Notes: a model not told the origin generated them from the letters alone. A stretch of 59,269 nucleotides of DNA, filler included, from 4 parts of 4 records of this genome joined end to end with filler, not necessarily neighbours in it; one strand, 5' to 3'; numbered from the whole stretch's first letter, positions 20,218 to 31,616 are shown. A program made the numbers and translations.

Positions 20218-20253
20218 GTACTAGTACACTATCACAAAATGCTGGTGGGTCAA
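20217..20253 (-). promoter_or_regulatory. TrpR operator overlapping the sigma70 promoter of trpR-trpE-trpG
   Basis: GTACTAGTACACTATCAC (20218-20235) resembles the TrpR box GTACTAGT-NN-ACTAGTAC; minus strand reads TTGACC-16nt-TAGTGT-8nt-ATG. Confidence 0.8.
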
Positions 20254-20356
20254 AGCATTCGGCCTAGGTGTTTTAGATAGCGGCCTTGCGTACAATGCCC
20301 TGCTCGGTGGGCCCTGCCTATTGCCAATCACGAACTGTTTGAGGTGCGCTGCTGTT

Positions 20357-20941
20357 GTGGTGTTAATGATCGACAACTACGATTCCTTCACCTACAACTT
20401 GGTGCAATATCTCAGCGAGTTGGGAGCTGAGGTGGCAGTGTATCGCAATGATGAGTTGAGCATTGAGCGCCTGGCGGAAATGTCGCCGAGTCATCTGGTG
20501 ATTTCTCCCGGGCCGTGTACGCCGAATGAGGCGGGCATTTCGATGGCGGCGATCAAACACTTTTCCCGCAGGTGTCCGGTGTTGGGCGTCTGCCTTGGGC
20601 ACCAGAGCATCGCCCAGGTATTTGGTGCCAAGGTGGTGCGTGCGCGACAAGTCATGCACGGCAAAACCTCTGCGGTTTACCACCGCAGTGAAGGGGTTTT
20701 CGCAGGCCTGAACATGCCGTTAGTTGCGACGCGATATCACTCTCTGGTGGTCGAAAAGCACAGCTTGCCCAGTTGTCTGGAGATGACCGCGTGGACCGAG
20801 GACGGGCAGGGGAATGTCGACGAAATTATGGGTTTGCGGCACCGCAGCATGGATGTTGAAGGGGTGCAGTTTCACCCGGAGGCCATCCTGAGTGCACAGG
20901 GGCGTGAACTTTTGAACAATTTTTTGGAGCGCAAGGCATGA
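20357..20941 (+). CDS. trpG: Aminodeoxychorismate/anthranilate synthase component II (resident trpG/pabA)
   Basis: [45 protein letters not shown]; first gene of trpGDC; start at the GTG after a GAGGTG SD. Confidence 0.9.
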   Translation: MVLMIDNYDSFTYNLVQYLSELGAEVAVYRNDELSIERLAEMSPSHLVISPGPCTPNEAGISMAAIKHFSRRCPVLGVCLGHQSIAQVFGAKVVRARQVMHGKTSAVYHRSEGVFAGLNMPLVATRYHSLVVEKHSLPSCLEMTAWTEDGQGNVDEIMGLRHRSMDVEGVQFHPEAILSAQGRELLNNFLERKA

Positions 20942-21987
20942 GTGAGAAAATGGACATTAAGGCGGCACTGGCGAGAGTGGTTAAACAGCTTGATTTGACC
21001 ACAGAAGAGATGGCCGACGTGATGCGCGCCGTGATGACCGGGCAGTGCAGCGATGCGCAGATTGGCGCCTTCCTGATGGGCCTGCGAATGAAAAGCGAAA
21101 GCCTCGACGAAATAGAAGGTGCTGCGCGGGTGATGCGAGAGCTGGCGACGCCAGTCGATATCGAGGGAGTCGAGCACGCGGTCGATATTGTTGGCACCGG
21201 CGGTGACGGCGCCAACTTGTTCAACGTGTCGTCAGCCAGTAGTTTTGTGGTAGCTGCTGCCGGGGCGCATGTGGCTAAGCACGGTAACCGCTCTGTGTCG
21301 TCAAACAGTGGCAGTGCCGACCTGCTGGAGAAAGCGGGTATTGTGCTTGATCTGACACCCGAACAGGTCGCGCGCTGCATACGCGAGGTGGGTGTCGGCT
21401 TTATGTTTGCCGTGAACCACCACAGCGCGATGCGACACGCCATTGGCCCGCGCAAGGAACTGGCCCAGCGCACGATTTTTAATATTCTTGGCCCGCTGAC
21501 CAACCCGGCAGGGGTTAAGCGCCTGCTGCTGGGTGTGTTTAGTGCCGACTTGTGTCGCCCGCTAGCCGAGGTGATGGGGCGCTTGGGTGCTGAGCACGTA
21601 ATGGTGGTGCACTCAGGCGACGGCCTGGATGAGATCAGTTTGGCAACATCAACGCAGGTGGCGGAGCTGAAAAACGGTGAGATTCGCGAATACCGTCTAC
21701 AGCCGGAAGATGCGGGTATTGCCAGCCAGAGCTTGATTGGTCTTGATGTGGACGACAGTGAAGCGTCGTTGGCATTGATCCGCAATGCGCTGGGCAAGCG
21801 GGATTCTGCCGCTGCAGAAAAAGCCGCGGATATGATCGCGCTAAATGCGGGGGCGGCGCTGTATGTCGCCGGTGTTACCGGCGATTTGAAGGCGGGGGTG
21901 GCCCTCGCTGAAGATGTGATTCACGGCGGTCGTGCGCTGGAAAAAATGCAAGAGTTAGCGGCCTTCACACAGGGTATGACGCAATGA
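20938..21987 (+). CDS. trpD: Anthranilate phosphoribosyltransferase
   Basis: [36 protein letters not shown]. Confidence 0.97.
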   Translation: MSEKMDIKAALARVVKQLDLTTEEMADVMRAVMTGQCSDAQIGAFLMGLRMKSESLDEIEGAARVMRELATPVDIEGVEHAVDIVGTGGDGANLFNVSSASSFVVAAAGAHVAKHGNRSVSSNSGSADLLEKAGIVLDLTPEQVARCIREVGVGFMFAVNHHSAMRHAIGPRKELAQRTIFNILGPLTNPAGVKRLLLGVFSADLCRPLAEVMGRLGAEHVMVVHSGDGLDEISLATSTQVAELKNGEIREYRLQPEDAGIASQSLIGLDVDDSEASLALIRNALGKRDSAAAEKAADMIALNAGAALYVAGVTGDLKAGVALAEDVIHGGRALEKMQELAAFTQGMTQ

Positions 21988-22781
21988 CAACACCAACGGT
22001 TTTGAACCGTATCATTGATCGAAAATTTGAAGAAGTGGCCGAGCGCAGTGCGCGGCGCCCCATCGCCCAGCTGCAAGCGGAGATAGCCAGTGCATCGCAG
22101 CCACGAGGTTTTGTTGCCGCCATGGAGGCTAAGTTAGCGGCGGGTCAATCGGCGGTTATCGCCGAGATCAAAAAAGCGTCGCCCTCCAAAGGCGTGATCC
22201 GCGAAGACTTCCATCCCGCGGAGATCGCCCGAAGCTATGAACAAGGCGGCGCTGCCTGTTTGTCGGTGCTGACCGATGCCGATTTTTTTCAAGGTAGCGA
22301 GGCATATTTACAGCAGGCGCGTGAGGCTTGTTCGCTGCCGGTGATCCGTAAGGATTTTATTGTCGACCCTTATCAGGTTTACGAAGCGCGGGCGATTGCA
22401 GCTGATTGTATTTTGTTAATAGCAGCCGCATTGGACGATGCACAGTTAGCGCAGCTCAATGCCCTGGCCCACGAGTTGGGAATGGATGTGTTGATTGAGG
22501 TACACAACGCTGAGGAGCTTCAGCGTATTTTGCCGCTCGGCAATCGCTTGGTCGGCATCAATAACCGCAACCTACACAATTTTGAGACCAGCTTGGACAA
22601 TACCTTCTCGCTGCTGGCACAAATTGACGAAAACCGTATTGTGGTTACCGAGAGCGGTATTCACAGCGCTGACGACGTTGCGGCAATGCGCCAGCACAAC
22701 GTCGATGCCTTTCTCGTTGGCGAGGCCTTTATGCGCGCGGCAGAGCCCGGGGAAAAATTAGCAGAGCTGTTTGCTAAATAG
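21984..22781 (+). CDS. trpC: Indole-3-glycerol phosphate synthase
   Basis: [39 protein letters not shown]. Confidence 0.97.
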   Translation: MTTPTVLNRIIDRKFEEVAERSARRPIAQLQAEIASASQPRGFVAAMEAKLAAGQSAVIAEIKKASPSKGVIREDFHPAEIARSYEQGGAACLSVLTDADFFQGSEAYLQQAREACSLPVIRKDFIVDPYQVYEARAIAADCILLIAAALDDAQLAQLNALAHELGMDVLIEVHNAEELQRILPLGNRLVGINNRNLHNFETSLDNTFSLLAQIDENRIVVTESGIHSADDVAAMRQHNVDAFLVGEAFMRAAEPGEKLAELFAK

Positions 22782-22814
22782 GGTGCTACGGGTCGGGGTG
22801 CTGGCAGCCGCTGC

Positions 22815-23453
22815 TCAGCGGGTGCCGTACACCACCATCGTTTTGCCTTTTACGTGGACCAGACCCTGTTCTTCCAGGGTTTTGAGTACGCGACCAACCA
22901 TCTCGCGGGAGCAGCCAACAATCCTGCCGATTTCCTGACGGGTAATTTTGATCTGCATACCATCCGGGTGGGTCATAGCGTCTGGCTGTTTGCATAGGTC
23001 GAGAAGTGTTCGCGCGACGCGGCCAGTAACATCTAAAAAGGCCAGGTCGCCAACTTTGCGCGTGGTGAGGCGTAAGCGTTTTGCCATTTGCTTGCCGAGG
23101 GCCAGCAGGATATCCGGGTATTGGTCCTGGAGTTCGCGAAACTTGCTGTAGCTAATCTCGGCAATCTCACAGTCGGTTCGGCTTTTTACCCAGGCGCTAC
23201 GAGTCGGCGGGATGTCTTCGTCGAATACGCCCATTTCACCAAAGAAGTCGCCCTTGTTTAAGTAGGCGACAATCATTTCACGGCCGTCGTCGTCTTCGAT
23301 AATCACCGTCACCGAGCCGTCGATAATATAGTAGAGCGCGTCGCTGTCGTCTCCAGCGTAGATCAGCGTGCTCTTGCTAGGGTGTCGGCGCCGATGGCAG
23401 TGCGCGAGAAAGTCGTCGAGATTTGGGATGTCGGGTTTCGGTGCCTGGAACAC
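22815..23453 (-). CDS. crp: cAMP receptor protein (CRP/Vfr)
   Basis: [46 protein letters not shown]. Confidence 0.97.
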   Translation of the reverse strand: MFQAPKPDIPNLDDFLAHCHRRRHPSKSTLIYAGDDSDALYYIIDGSVTVIIEDDDGREMIVAYLNKGDFFGEMGVFDEDIPPTRSAWVKSRTDCEIAEISYSKFRELQDQYPDILLALGKQMAKRLRLTTRKVGDLAFLDVTGRVARTLLDLCKQPDAMTHPDGMQIKITRQEIGRIVGCSREMVGRVLKTLEEQGLVHVKGKTMVVYGTR

Positions 23454-23595
23454 GGGCCACTCTCTTTTTTAGTTTGGTTATGGGCAAAGCGCTGTTTCAT
23501 TCGTGTGTATTAGTATGCCGCGCTTTGCCGTCAATGGCGAGCCTGGATGCAGGTGCTGTGATAAGCTTAGCGGATTGACAAATTCTATCGGGGTA

Positions 23596-24021
23596 ATGAT
23601 GAAAGCAACGGTAAAGTGGGTTGACGGTGCAATGTTTTTAGGTGAATCCGGAAGCGGCCACAGCGTGGTTATGGATGGTCCGGAAGACCACGGCGGCCGT
23701 AATATGGGCGTTCGGCCTATGGAAATGTTGCTGTTGGGCATGGGTGGCTGCGCCTCATTCGATGTGATGAGTATGCTGAAGAAGTCACGCCAGCAGGTGA
23801 AAGATTGCCGGTGCGAGCTGGTGGCCGAACGTGTTGATGCGGTCCCCGCCGTCTTTGAAACAATACGCCTTCACTTTGTTGTTACCGGCACTGCCTTGAA
23901 GGAGAGCCACGTGAAGCGCGCGGTTGAACTGTCGGCTGAAAAATACTGTTCGGCGTCCATTATGATGGAAAAGGCCGGCGTGGTGATCGAGCATAGTCAC
24001 GAGATTATTGAAGCGGAGTAG
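23596..24021 (+). CDS. OsmC/YhfA family protein
   Basis: GESGSGHSVVMDG, RPMEMLLLGMGGC, LSAEKYCSAS; divergent from crp like yhfA. Confidence 0.9.
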   Translation: MMKATVKWVDGAMFLGESGSGHSVVMDGPEDHGGRNMGVRPMEMLLLGMGGCASFDVMSMLKKSRQQVKDCRCELVAERVDAVPAVFETIRLHFVVTGTALKESHVKRAVELSAEKYCSASIMMEKAGVVIEHSHEIIEAE

Positions 24022-24026
24022 GATAT

Positions 24027-24428
24027 ATGCAGCGCCCCAATCCCCATGCGGGCATGCGCCACTTGGCGTTATTTGTAGAAAAGCTGGAAGAGACCGTACA
24101 GTTTTATACTGACCTGCTGGGTATGGCGGTCGAGTGGCAGCCCGACGAGGATAATTACTACCTTTGCTCGGGTTGCGACAACCTGGCCATTCACCGTTAT
24201 CACGGTGCTGAGCGGCCGGCCGCGGGCCAGCGCTTAGACCACTTGGGTTTTATCGTTAGGGAAGCCGACGATGTCGATGCCTGGCACGAGTTCCTTGTTG
24301 CGAATGGCGTTAGCATTAAAGCCGCACCAAGAACCCACCGCGATGGTGCGCGTAGCTTCTATTGCCTCGATCCCGATGGCAATCTTGTACAAATCATTCA
24401 CCACCCACCTATCGCCAGCGCTGTCTAG
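24027..24428 (+). CDS. VOC/glyoxalase family protein
   Basis: RHLAL, FYTDLLGM, LDHLGF, SFYCLDPDGN. Confidence 0.85.
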   Translation: MQRPNPHAGMRHLALFVEKLEETVQFYTDLLGMAVEWQPDEDNYYLCSGCDNLAIHRYHGAERPAAGQRLDHLGFIVREADDVDAWHEFLVANGVSIKAAPRTHRDGARSFYCLDPDGNLVQIIHHPPIASAV

Positions 24429-24446
24429 TCGCTGGCTGGCACGCCT

Positions 24447-25082
24447 TTACACGTAGTAGGTTGTTCGGGTCATGACTTTTGAGAGAAGGGTCATGGCCTT
24501 CTTGACCGGCTTTGGAAAAACGGCGCCGCCGGCTTCTATCGCTGCGGTGGAGTGGGCCGCTTCGTCCTCCAGCATTTGTTCCAAAATGGCTCGCGATTTT
24601 TCATCGTCGTTGGGCAGGGAGTCCAGGTGGCTGCGCAGGTGCTCGCATACCTGATCCTCGGTGGCAGCAACAAACCCCAGACTGATTTTGTCGCTGATTG
24701 CCCCCGCTGTCGCGCCGATGGCAAAGGAGCCGGCATAGAACAGGGGGTTGAGCAGGCTGGTGTGGCTACCCAGCTCCTTTAGGCGTTGCTCACACCACAC
24801 CAGATGATCAATTTCCTCGTCGGCGGCGTGGCTCATGGCTTGTTTAATATCGGGGCGCTTGGCCGTCAGCGCCTGCCCCTGGTACAACGCCTGGGCGCAC
24901 ACTTCGCCAGTGTGGTTGATGCGCATGAGGCCCGCTGTGTGCCGGGCGTCCTGATGCTGGCTGTCGCGGCGGCCGCTGGCGGGGTTTTCGCGTTGCGGTG
25001 TGGCACTGCCTCGAACCAGGGTTTTCAGGCTGCGGTCTGCGCCAATCAGCAGTCGATCCAAGGCGGAAAAGCTTCTGGTCAT
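24447..25082 (-). CDS. coq7: Demethoxyubiquinone hydroxylase (di-iron)
   Basis: [39 protein letters not shown]; start MTRSFS at 25082. Confidence 0.93.
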   Translation of the reverse strand: MTRSFSALDRLLIGADRSLKTLVRGSATPQRENPASGRRDSQHQDARHTAGLMRINHTGEVCAQALYQGQALTAKRPDIKQAMSHAADEEIDHLVWCEQRLKELGSHTSLLNPLFYAGSFAIGATAGAISDKISLGFVAATEDQVCEHLRSHLDSLPNDDEKSRAILEQMLEDEAAHSTAAIEAGGAVFPKPVKKAMTLLSKVMTRTTYYV

Positions 25083-25117
25083 CGTATCCTCCAATCTCGC
25101 CTTATTGTACGGCAAAC

Positions 25118-27901
25118 TCAGTCTTTCTGATGCTGGTAGCCCGTCCAGCGCTGTATCGACTCGGCCAGCTCCCACAGGCGGATCGGTTTCACCAAGTGAA
25201 GATCCATACCGGCGTTGAGGTAGCTGTCGCGCTGCTCGTCCAGAGCGTTTGCCGTCAGCCCGAAAATCGGTGTGCGCTCGCGCTCCTCTTCCTGTTCAAA
25301 TTGCCGAATTTGGCGCGCTGCTTCAATGCCGTCCATCACCGGCATTTCCACATCGAGTATAACCAAGTCGTAGTGGTCGCGAATAAAAAAGTTCAGGGCT
25401 TGCTGGCCGTTTTCCGCATGTTGAACAGTGATTCCCAGGCTTTTGAGCATACGCGACAGCACCAGTGCGTTACTGGGGTTGTCCTCGGCGATCAGGCAGC
25501 GCAGAGAATGATAATTCAAGGCGTCGCTGCTGTATTGATCTATGTCGTGACCGCGCTCGGCAACACGCGATTCGCCCAGTAGTGCGCTGCGCAGAGCAAT
25601 ATTGCCCAGCGGTTTACTCAGTACCCGTTGCACCCCTGCCGCTTGCAGCTCTTCCCGGCGATACGAAATATTCGCGTGGGCAAGTAGCAGCACGCTGGGT
25701 TGATGGTCGGCGTTGGCAAATTCTTCTTTTACCCGGCGTGCCAGCAGCAGGCCGTTATCGCTTTGCCTGTGGTCGATCAATACAAAATCGACGGGGGCAT
25801 TGATCAGGCGTTGGTTGCGCATGATGGCCAGCGCGGCCTGCTCATTGGTGGCGGAGAAGACACCCATCCCCCAGGGCGAGCATTGTTTATTGACCACCTC
25901 GCAAAAGGTGCGGTTGCTGTCCACCACCAGAAGGCGTTTATTGCTCAGCAGGTCGGTTGCTTCGGGGCTTGGCAGCTTATTGCTGATCACTCCCAGTTGC
26001 AGTGTCATACACAGGGTGTGTACGTCGCGACTGGCGCTACTACGCAAGCTAATTTGCCCGCCCATGAGGCTGACGAGACGAGCGATAATGGCAAATCGCG
26101 TGCTCATTGCGCTGTCTTTTTTATCAACCTTGGGGCGTTGAAGCGCCTGCCGTTCATCGCCGGTGAAATTGCTGCCACGGTGGGACACTTCCACCTGAAG
26201 GTGGCCGGGGCGAGGGGAGGCCGGGCTAATTTTTAACAGGATAAAGCCGCCTTCGGCGTGTTCGAAGGCGCTGTTTAGGCTGTGAATAAGCAATTGGCGC
26301 AGTCGCGACAGGTCCCCAAGCAGCTGCATTGGCAGGGTGTTTGATAAATCGCTGATCAACTCCAGGTCGCGTTCTGCAGCCATGTTTCGGAAACTGGACA
26401 GGGCGTCGCTGACCAATTCAGGCAGTGCGATGAGCTGGCTGTTGAGGTCGATATCGCTGTCGCTAAATCGCGCGGCTTGCCCCGCTTCTTCGAGCAGCTG
26501 CAGTAACTCATGGCTGGAGCGTTGCAGGCTGCGCAAATAGTCTTCCTGGCTGGCGGTCAGTTGGGTCTCTTGAAGCAGCTCTGTCACGCCCAGCATTGCG
26601 CTGATCGGGGTGCGGATATCGTGAGTGATGCGCGCCAGCACTTCGCTTTTCGCGCGGTTTACCTCATCGACCACGGCGATGCGCTGAGCATCCTCGTGCT
26701 GCATACGCCAGCGCTTGCGGCTGCGGGTAATCAGCAGTGTGGCGTGAGCGAGAGCAACGATCACAGCGGCCAGCGAGAGTAAGGCATTCATGTCATAGAT
26801 ATCGAGAACGCCAAGCAAGTAGCTGAGCTGGGCCAACAGATAAATGACCAGGGTGAGGCTTTTACCCAGCAGGTAAAACAACAGGAGCCGGCTGTAGCTG
26901 ACAAAGTAGCCATTCAAGCCCGCAAACAGCGTAGACGCGGCGGTGAGTGGCACCAAAATGCTCAACAGAATGCCGCTGTAATGGGCGTCGGTGATAATAC
27001 TGAAGGGCAGCGCTGCCACGAGCAGGAAAAGGATTCCGCGCAATATGTTTGGCCAATGGCCCGGGCGCTGCTTGGGGTACACGGGGAAGCCTAGCGCAAA
27101 GATCACTTCGGTCAGCAAGATGCCGATCGCTGAAATGATCATAATTGGGCTGTCCCAGGGGGGCAGCATACCTCGGGGTTGGCCAAGGTAGCCCCAGGCC
27201 ATCAGCTGTGAGCCCATCACCAAGACGCCAAATATGCACAGATTGGCAAATAGCGGTTCCCGGTATATCAGGAAGGCAACCAGACAGTAGATGCTGACGG
27301 TACTGAGTACGCCAAGCAGAAAGAAATTTCCAATATCGCGTTGGCTGCTTTCTGAAATAAACGCGATATCGCTAAAGAGTTTGGCGGACACTCGGATATC
27401 AGCGTGCTTGTCGATGCGCACATAAATATTGGTAGCGCTGCCGGCGGGCAGGTTTAAGCGGTAGATTCGCTGGGGTCGCAGCATATCTTGCGGAGGGAAA
27501 ACCGTGGCCCGCTCTTCGGCGGGCGTGCCGCTGCGATGGGCGTAGACGGTTACCTCGCCCAAATGCGCCGGGCGCAATTCCAGTATGCGGCGCAGGGTTT
27601 CGTTGTGGGTGTTGCGAAAGCGAAACAGCAGCCAGTAGGTCTGGGTGCTGCCATCGAGCATTAAATCGCCATTTTCAAGTGGCCGAAAGCTGCGCTGAAA
27701 GGTTGGCTGAAGCAGGTCGTCGATAGACAACTGACCGCTGCGATCCTCGTATATTTCGCCGGATTGACTGATGTCGACCCGCGCCACGGCCGGATCCAGG
27801 ATGACGGCGGCGTGGCCGATGTGGCTTGTGGCAAGAAACAGTAGCAGGCTGCTGAGCAGCAGCCTCAAATCAAGGCGTATCGCGATGGGCATCCTGCACA
27901 T
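25118..27901 (-). CDS. RetS-like hybrid sensor kinase (7TMR-DISMED2, 7TM, HisKA, degenerate HATPase, 2 REC)
   Basis: [10 protein letters not shown]...YWLLF periplasmic domain, about 7 TM segments, THDIRTP H-box, two receiver domains; immediately downstream of purD, as retS is in Pseudomonas. Start is 27901 or 27892. Confidence 0.8.
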   Translation of the reverse strand: MCRMPIAIRLDLRLLLSSLLLFLATSHIGHAAVILDPAVARVDISQSGEIYEDRSGQLSIDDLLQPTFQRSFRPLENGDLMLDGSTQTYWLLFRFRNTHNETLRRILELRPAHLGEVTVYAHRSGTPAEERATVFPPQDMLRPQRIYRLNLPAGSATNIYVRIDKHADIRVSAKLFSDIAFISESSQRDIGNFFLLGVLSTVSIYCLVAFLIYREPLFANLCIFGVLVMGSQLMAWGYLGQPRGMLPPWDSPIMIISAIGILLTEVIFALGFPVYPKQRPGHWPNILRGILFLLVAALPFSIITDAHYSGILLSILVPLTAASTLFAGLNGYFVSYSRLLLFYLLGKSLTLVIYLLAQLSYLLGVLDIYDMNALLSLAAVIVALAHATLLITRSRKRWRMQHEDAQRIAVVDEVNRAKSEVLARITHDIRTPISAMLGVTELLQETQLTASQEDYLRSLQRSSHELLQLLEEAGQAARFSDSDIDLNSQLIALPELVSDALSSFRNMAAERDLELISDLSNTLPMQLLGDLSRLRQLLIHSLNSAFEHAEGGFILLKISPASPRPGHLQVEVSHRGSNFTGDERQALQRPKVDKKDSAMSTRFAIIARLVSLMGGQISLRSSASRDVHTLCMTLQLGVISNKLPSPEATDLLSNKRLLVVDSNRTFCEVVNKQCSPWGMGVFSATNEQAALAIMRNQRLINAPVDFVLIDHRQSDNGLLLARRVKEEFANADHQPSVLLLAHANISYRREELQAAGVQRVLSKPLGNIALRSALLGESRVAERGHDIDQYSSDALNYHSLRCLIAEDNPSNALVLSRMLKSLGITVQHAENGQQALNFFIRDHYDLVILDVEMPVMDGIEAARQIRQFEQEEERERTPIFGLTANALDEQRDSYLNAGMDLHLVKPIRLWELAESIQRWTGYQHQKD

Positions 27902-27914
27902 AATCAAGTGACCG

Positions 27915-29192
27915 CTATTCCCGAGCGATGGCGCGATAGGCGATATCACTGCGGAAGAATACACCTTGCCAGTCGATCTGTTTGGCGACGTCGTAGGCCA
28001 GTGCCTGGGCTTCGCTTACGCTATTGCCCATGGCGGTAGCGCACAGTACTCGCCCGCCGTTGGTTGTCAGCTTGTCGCCGTCTAATTGCGTGCCGGCGTG
28101 GAAGACCTTGGTGCTGGCGGTTTCTGCGGGGATACCGGTAATTTCATCGCCCTTTTTGTAGCTGCCGGGGTAGCCGCCGGCGGCGAGTACAACACCAACC
28201 GCAGGGCGTGGGTCCCATTGCGCCTCAGCGTTGGCCAGCGTGCCAGCAAGCGCCGCCTGACACAGAGCGACTAGGTCAGACTGCAAGCGCAGCATAATGG
28301 GTTGTGTTTCCGGGTCGCCAAAGCGGCAGTTGTATTCAATAACTTTTGGTTCACCCTCGGGGCTGATCATCAAGCCGGCATACAGAAAGCCCGTGTAGCG
28401 GTTGCCTTCTTCTGCCATGCCGCGAACGGTTGGCATAATAACCTGTTCCATAATGCGCTGATGAACGTCTGGCGTTACCACTGGCGCGGGTGAGTAAGCG
28501 CCCATGCCACCGGTGTTGGGGCCAGTGTCGCCATCGCCAACACGCTTGTGATCCTGGCTGGTTGCCATCGGCAAAACGTCTTCACCGTCGACCATCACGA
28601 TGAAGCTGGCTTCTTCGCCGACTAAGAACTCTTCAATCACTACGCGGCAGCCGGCGTCGCCGAATGCATTGCCGGACAGCATGTCGCGCACGGCGTCTTC
28701 AGCTTGTTCCAGTGTCTCTGCAACAATAACGCCTTTGCCCGCTGCCAGGCCGTCGGCCTTGACGACAATCGGTGCGCCCTGTTCGCGAAGGTAGGCAAGC
28801 GCTGGCTCAAGTTCGGTGAAGTTGCCATAGGCCGCAGTAGGGATGTTGTGCCGGGCAAGGAAGTCTTTGGTAAAGGCTTTGGAGCCTTCCAGTTGTGCCG
28901 CGCCCTGGCTGGGGCCAAAGCAGGGCAGGCCGCGTTTGGTGAAGAAATCCACCACGCCGTCTACCAGTGGCGCTTCGGGGCCGACGATGGTCAGCGCGAT
29001 ATCGTTGCTCTCGGCAAAGTTTGCCAGTGCCTCGAAATCGCCTACGCCTATCTCGACATTTTCTATGCCCATGTCCAGCGCAGTGCCGGCGTTGCCTGGT
29101 GCGACATAAACGGTTTCAACATTGGCAGACTGGGCCGCCTTCCAAGCCAGAGCGTGCTCACGGCCACCGGAGCCAATAATCAATACGTTCAT
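27915..29192 (-). CDS. purD: Phosphoribosylamine-glycine ligase
   Basis: GSGGREHALAW, KADGLAAGKGV, GPNTGGMGAY, EYNCRFGDPE. Confidence 0.98.
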   Translation of the reverse strand: MNVLIIGSGGREHALAWKAAQSANVETVYVAPGNAGTALDMGIENVEIGVGDFEALANFAESNDIALTIVGPEAPLVDGVVDFFTKRGLPCFGPSQGAAQLEGSKAFTKDFLARHNIPTAAYGNFTELEPALAYLREQGAPIVVKADGLAAGKGVIVAETLEQAEDAVRDMLSGNAFGDAGCRVVIEEFLVGEEASFIVMVDGEDVLPMATSQDHKRVGDGDTGPNTGGMGAYSPAPVVTPDVHQRIMEQVIMPTVRGMAEEGNRYTGFLYAGLMISPEGEPKVIEYNCRFGDPETQPIMLRLQSDLVALCQAALAGTLANAEAQWDPRPAVGVVLAAGGYPGSYKKGDEITGIPAETASTKVFHAGTQLDGDKLTTNGGRVLCATAMGNSVSEAQALAYDVAKQIDWQGVFFRSDIAYRAIARE

Positions 29193-29308
29193 TTCAACTG
29201 CGTCCTATTTCTACGGCCATCACGGCTGCGTGATTTAGCTAAACGGCCTTGACTCATGTTTGCTTCAAGGCCGAAGAAATTATCTTTTTTCTATCGATTC
29301 GGTGCTGG

Positions 29309-29336
29309 CGTCGCCGGCAGATAGCTGCCGGCGACG
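29309..29336. repeat. Perfect 12-bp inverted repeat between purH and purD
   Basis: CGTCGCCGGCAG-atag-CTGCCGGCGACG; no U-tract in the direction of transcription. Confidence 0.75.
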
Positions 29337-29344
29337 TTTCGGCG

Positions 29345-30734
29345 TTAGTGGCGGAAATGGCGCATGCCAGTGAATACCATTGCCATGTTGTGCTCGTCGG
29401 CGGCGGCAATGACTTCTTCGTCACGAATTGAACCGCCCGGCTGAATGATGCAGCTAATGCCAACTTTCGCCGCATTGTCGATGCCATCGCGGAAGGGGAA
29501 GAAGGCGTCGGATGCCATCACGGCTCCCTCAACTTGCAGGCCCGCGTGCTCGGCCTTAATAGCGGCGATGCGCGCGGAGTTCACGCGGCTCATCTGCCCG
29601 GCGCCGACACCGATCGTCTGGCGATTTTTGGCGTAGACAATCGCGTTCGACTTAACGAATTTGGCGACTTTCCAGGCGAAGATCAAATCGTTGATCTCGT
29701 CTTCACTGGGCTGGCGCTTGCTCACTACTTTCAGCTCACCGGCAGTAATCATGCCGAGGTCGCGGTCTTGCACCAGCAGGCCGCCGTTGACGCGTTTATA
29801 GTCAAAGGCAGCTTGTGGGCTATCCCACTCTCCGCAGCTCAGCAGGCGCACGTTTTTCTTGGCGGCTACAACGGCGCGCGCATCTTCGCTGACGCTTGGG
29901 GCGATAATCACTTCCACAAACTGGCGGTCGCAAATGGCTTGCGCCGTTGCGGCATCGAGCTCGCGGTTGAAGGCGATAATACCGCCAAAGGCCGATTCAG
30001 GGTCGGTGGCAAAGGCCAGGTCATAGGCTTCGCCGATCCCGTTGAGCGACACCGAGACACCACAGGGGTTAGCGTGTTTAACAATCACGCAGGCGGGCTT
30101 GGTAAAGCTCTTCACACACTCAAGTGCTGCATCGGTGTCGGCAATATTGTTGTATGACAGCTCCTTGCCCTGCAGCTGTGTTGCGGTGGCAATGCAGGCT
30201 TCGCTGGGGTGGCGCTCAACATAAAACGCTGAGTCTTGATGGGGGTTTTCGCCGTAGCGCATTTCCTGGGCTTTAACGAATTGGCTGTTAAAGGTGCGCG
30301 GGAATTTGTCGCTGCCGCCGGGAACGAGTCTGCCGAAGTAATTGGCGATGGCGCCGTCGTACGATGCCGTGTGCTCGTAGGCTTTGATGGCGAGGTCGAA
30401 ACGGGTGCTGTGCAGGGTTGCACCGTCGTTGGCACGCATTTCCTCGATAATGGCGTCGTAGTCGCCGGCGTTTACCACAATGGCAACGTCGCGGTGGTTC
30501 TTGGCCGCTGCGCGAACCATGGTCGGGCCGCCGATATCGATATTCTCGATCGCATCTTCCAGGCTGCAATCTGGCTTGGCAACGGTGGCCTCAAAGGGGT
30601 AGAGGTTAACAACTACCATATCGATAGCGTCAATGCCGTGCTCGCTCATGACAGCATCATCGGTGCCGCGGCGGCCGAGAATACCGCCGTGAACTTTCGG
30701 ATGGAGGGTTTTCACCCGGCCATCCATCATTTCA
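29345..30734 (-). CDS. purH: AICAR transformylase/IMP cyclohydrolase (5' part cut by the contig end)
   Basis: [47 protein letters not shown]. Confidence 0.97.
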
Positions 30735-30834
30735 NNNNNNNNNNNNNNNNNNNNNNNNNNNNNNNNNNNNNNNNNNNNTTAATTAATTAANNNNNNNNNN
30801 NNNNNNNNNNNNNNNNNNNNNNNNNNNNNNNNNN
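30735..30834. other. Artificial contig spacer
   Basis: 44 N + TTAATTAATTAA (stops in all six frames) + 44 N. Confidence 0.98.
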
Positions 30835-30835
30835 C

Positions 30836-30976
30836 AGGTTGAAAGAAGCGCAAAAACTTGGTTTCACCGCAGCCATCGCTCCTGCAGGTGGCAAAACCGG
30901 ATCCGGTGGTGGACTGAAACTGTCTCGACCCTCGGATTTGACCGGATTTGTTGGCGAAACATTTGGAGCAGGATAA
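30836..30976 (+). CDS. radA: DNA repair protein RadA/Sms, C-terminal fragment
   Basis: Hand translation RLKEAQKLGFTAAIAP...DLTGFVGETFGAG*; radA-cvpA-purF order. Confidence 0.85.
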   Translation, partial: RLKEAQKLGFTAAIAPAGGKTGSGGGLKLSRPSDLTGFVGETFGAG

Positions 30977-31016
30977 TTTGGCCCAACGCGGGCAGATGCA
31001 ATAACGGGCGAGGACC

Positions 31017-31571
31017 ATGGAAGGTTTTACCATCATAGACGGGGTCGTTGCCCTTGTAATTTTCTTGTCAGCGCTGCTGGCCTATTCGCGTGGTTTTGTC
31101 CGCGAGGCGATGGCAATTGTCGGCTGGATCGCAGCTGCTGTTCTTGCCTTTCTGTTCGCCCCCAAAGCGATGCCCCTGATCCGCGAGTTGCCCGTTGTCG
31201 GGGAATTCCTTGCAGACAGCTGTGAACTCTCGGTGATTGCATCCTTTGCCGCCGTGTTTGCACTGGCGCTGATCATCGTCAGCTTCTTTACCCCGCTGTT
31301 TTCATCGCTGGTACAACGCTCGGTTCTGGGCGGGCTGGATCAGGGCGTTGGGTTCCTCTTCGGGGTTCTGCGCGGCATCCTCCTCGTGACGATTGCGTTC
31401 TTTGTCTATGACACCGTGATGACAGGTCAGAACTTCACCATCGTCGACGAAAGCCGCTCGGCTCAGGTCTTTGCCCGCATGACTGGTAAAATCGAAGCCC
31501 AAAACCCCGAGCAAGCGCTTGGCTGGGTCACGCAGCAATACGAAGAGCTGGTTGGCACCTGCACCAAATAA
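31017..31571 (+). CDS. cvpA: CvpA family membrane protein
   Basis: AYSRGFVRE, LDQGVGFLFGVLRGILL; upstream of purF. Confidence 0.92.
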   Translation: MEGFTIIDGVVALVIFLSALLAYSRGFVREAMAIVGWIAAAVLAFLFAPKAMPLIRELPVVGEFLADSCELSVIASFAAVFALALIIVSFFTPLFSSLVQRSVLGGLDQGVGFLFGVLRGILLVTIAFFVYDTVMTGQNFTIVDESRSAQVFARMTGKIEAQNPEQALGWVTQQYEELVGTCTK

Positions 31572-31616
31572 GCGGTTCGCGCTGGGTATCGGCGCAGCAA
31601 TTCAGAAAGAAAACAC

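Noticed and set aside
23557..23572. CRP site TGTGA-N6-TAGCG between crp and the OsmC gene
   Set aside because: Only one good half-site, which is not enough support.
30735..30834. TTAATTAATTAA motif recurring three times (also 38364-38375 and 50657-50668)
   Set aside because: It is an assembly linker flanked by N runs, so no synteny should be read across it.
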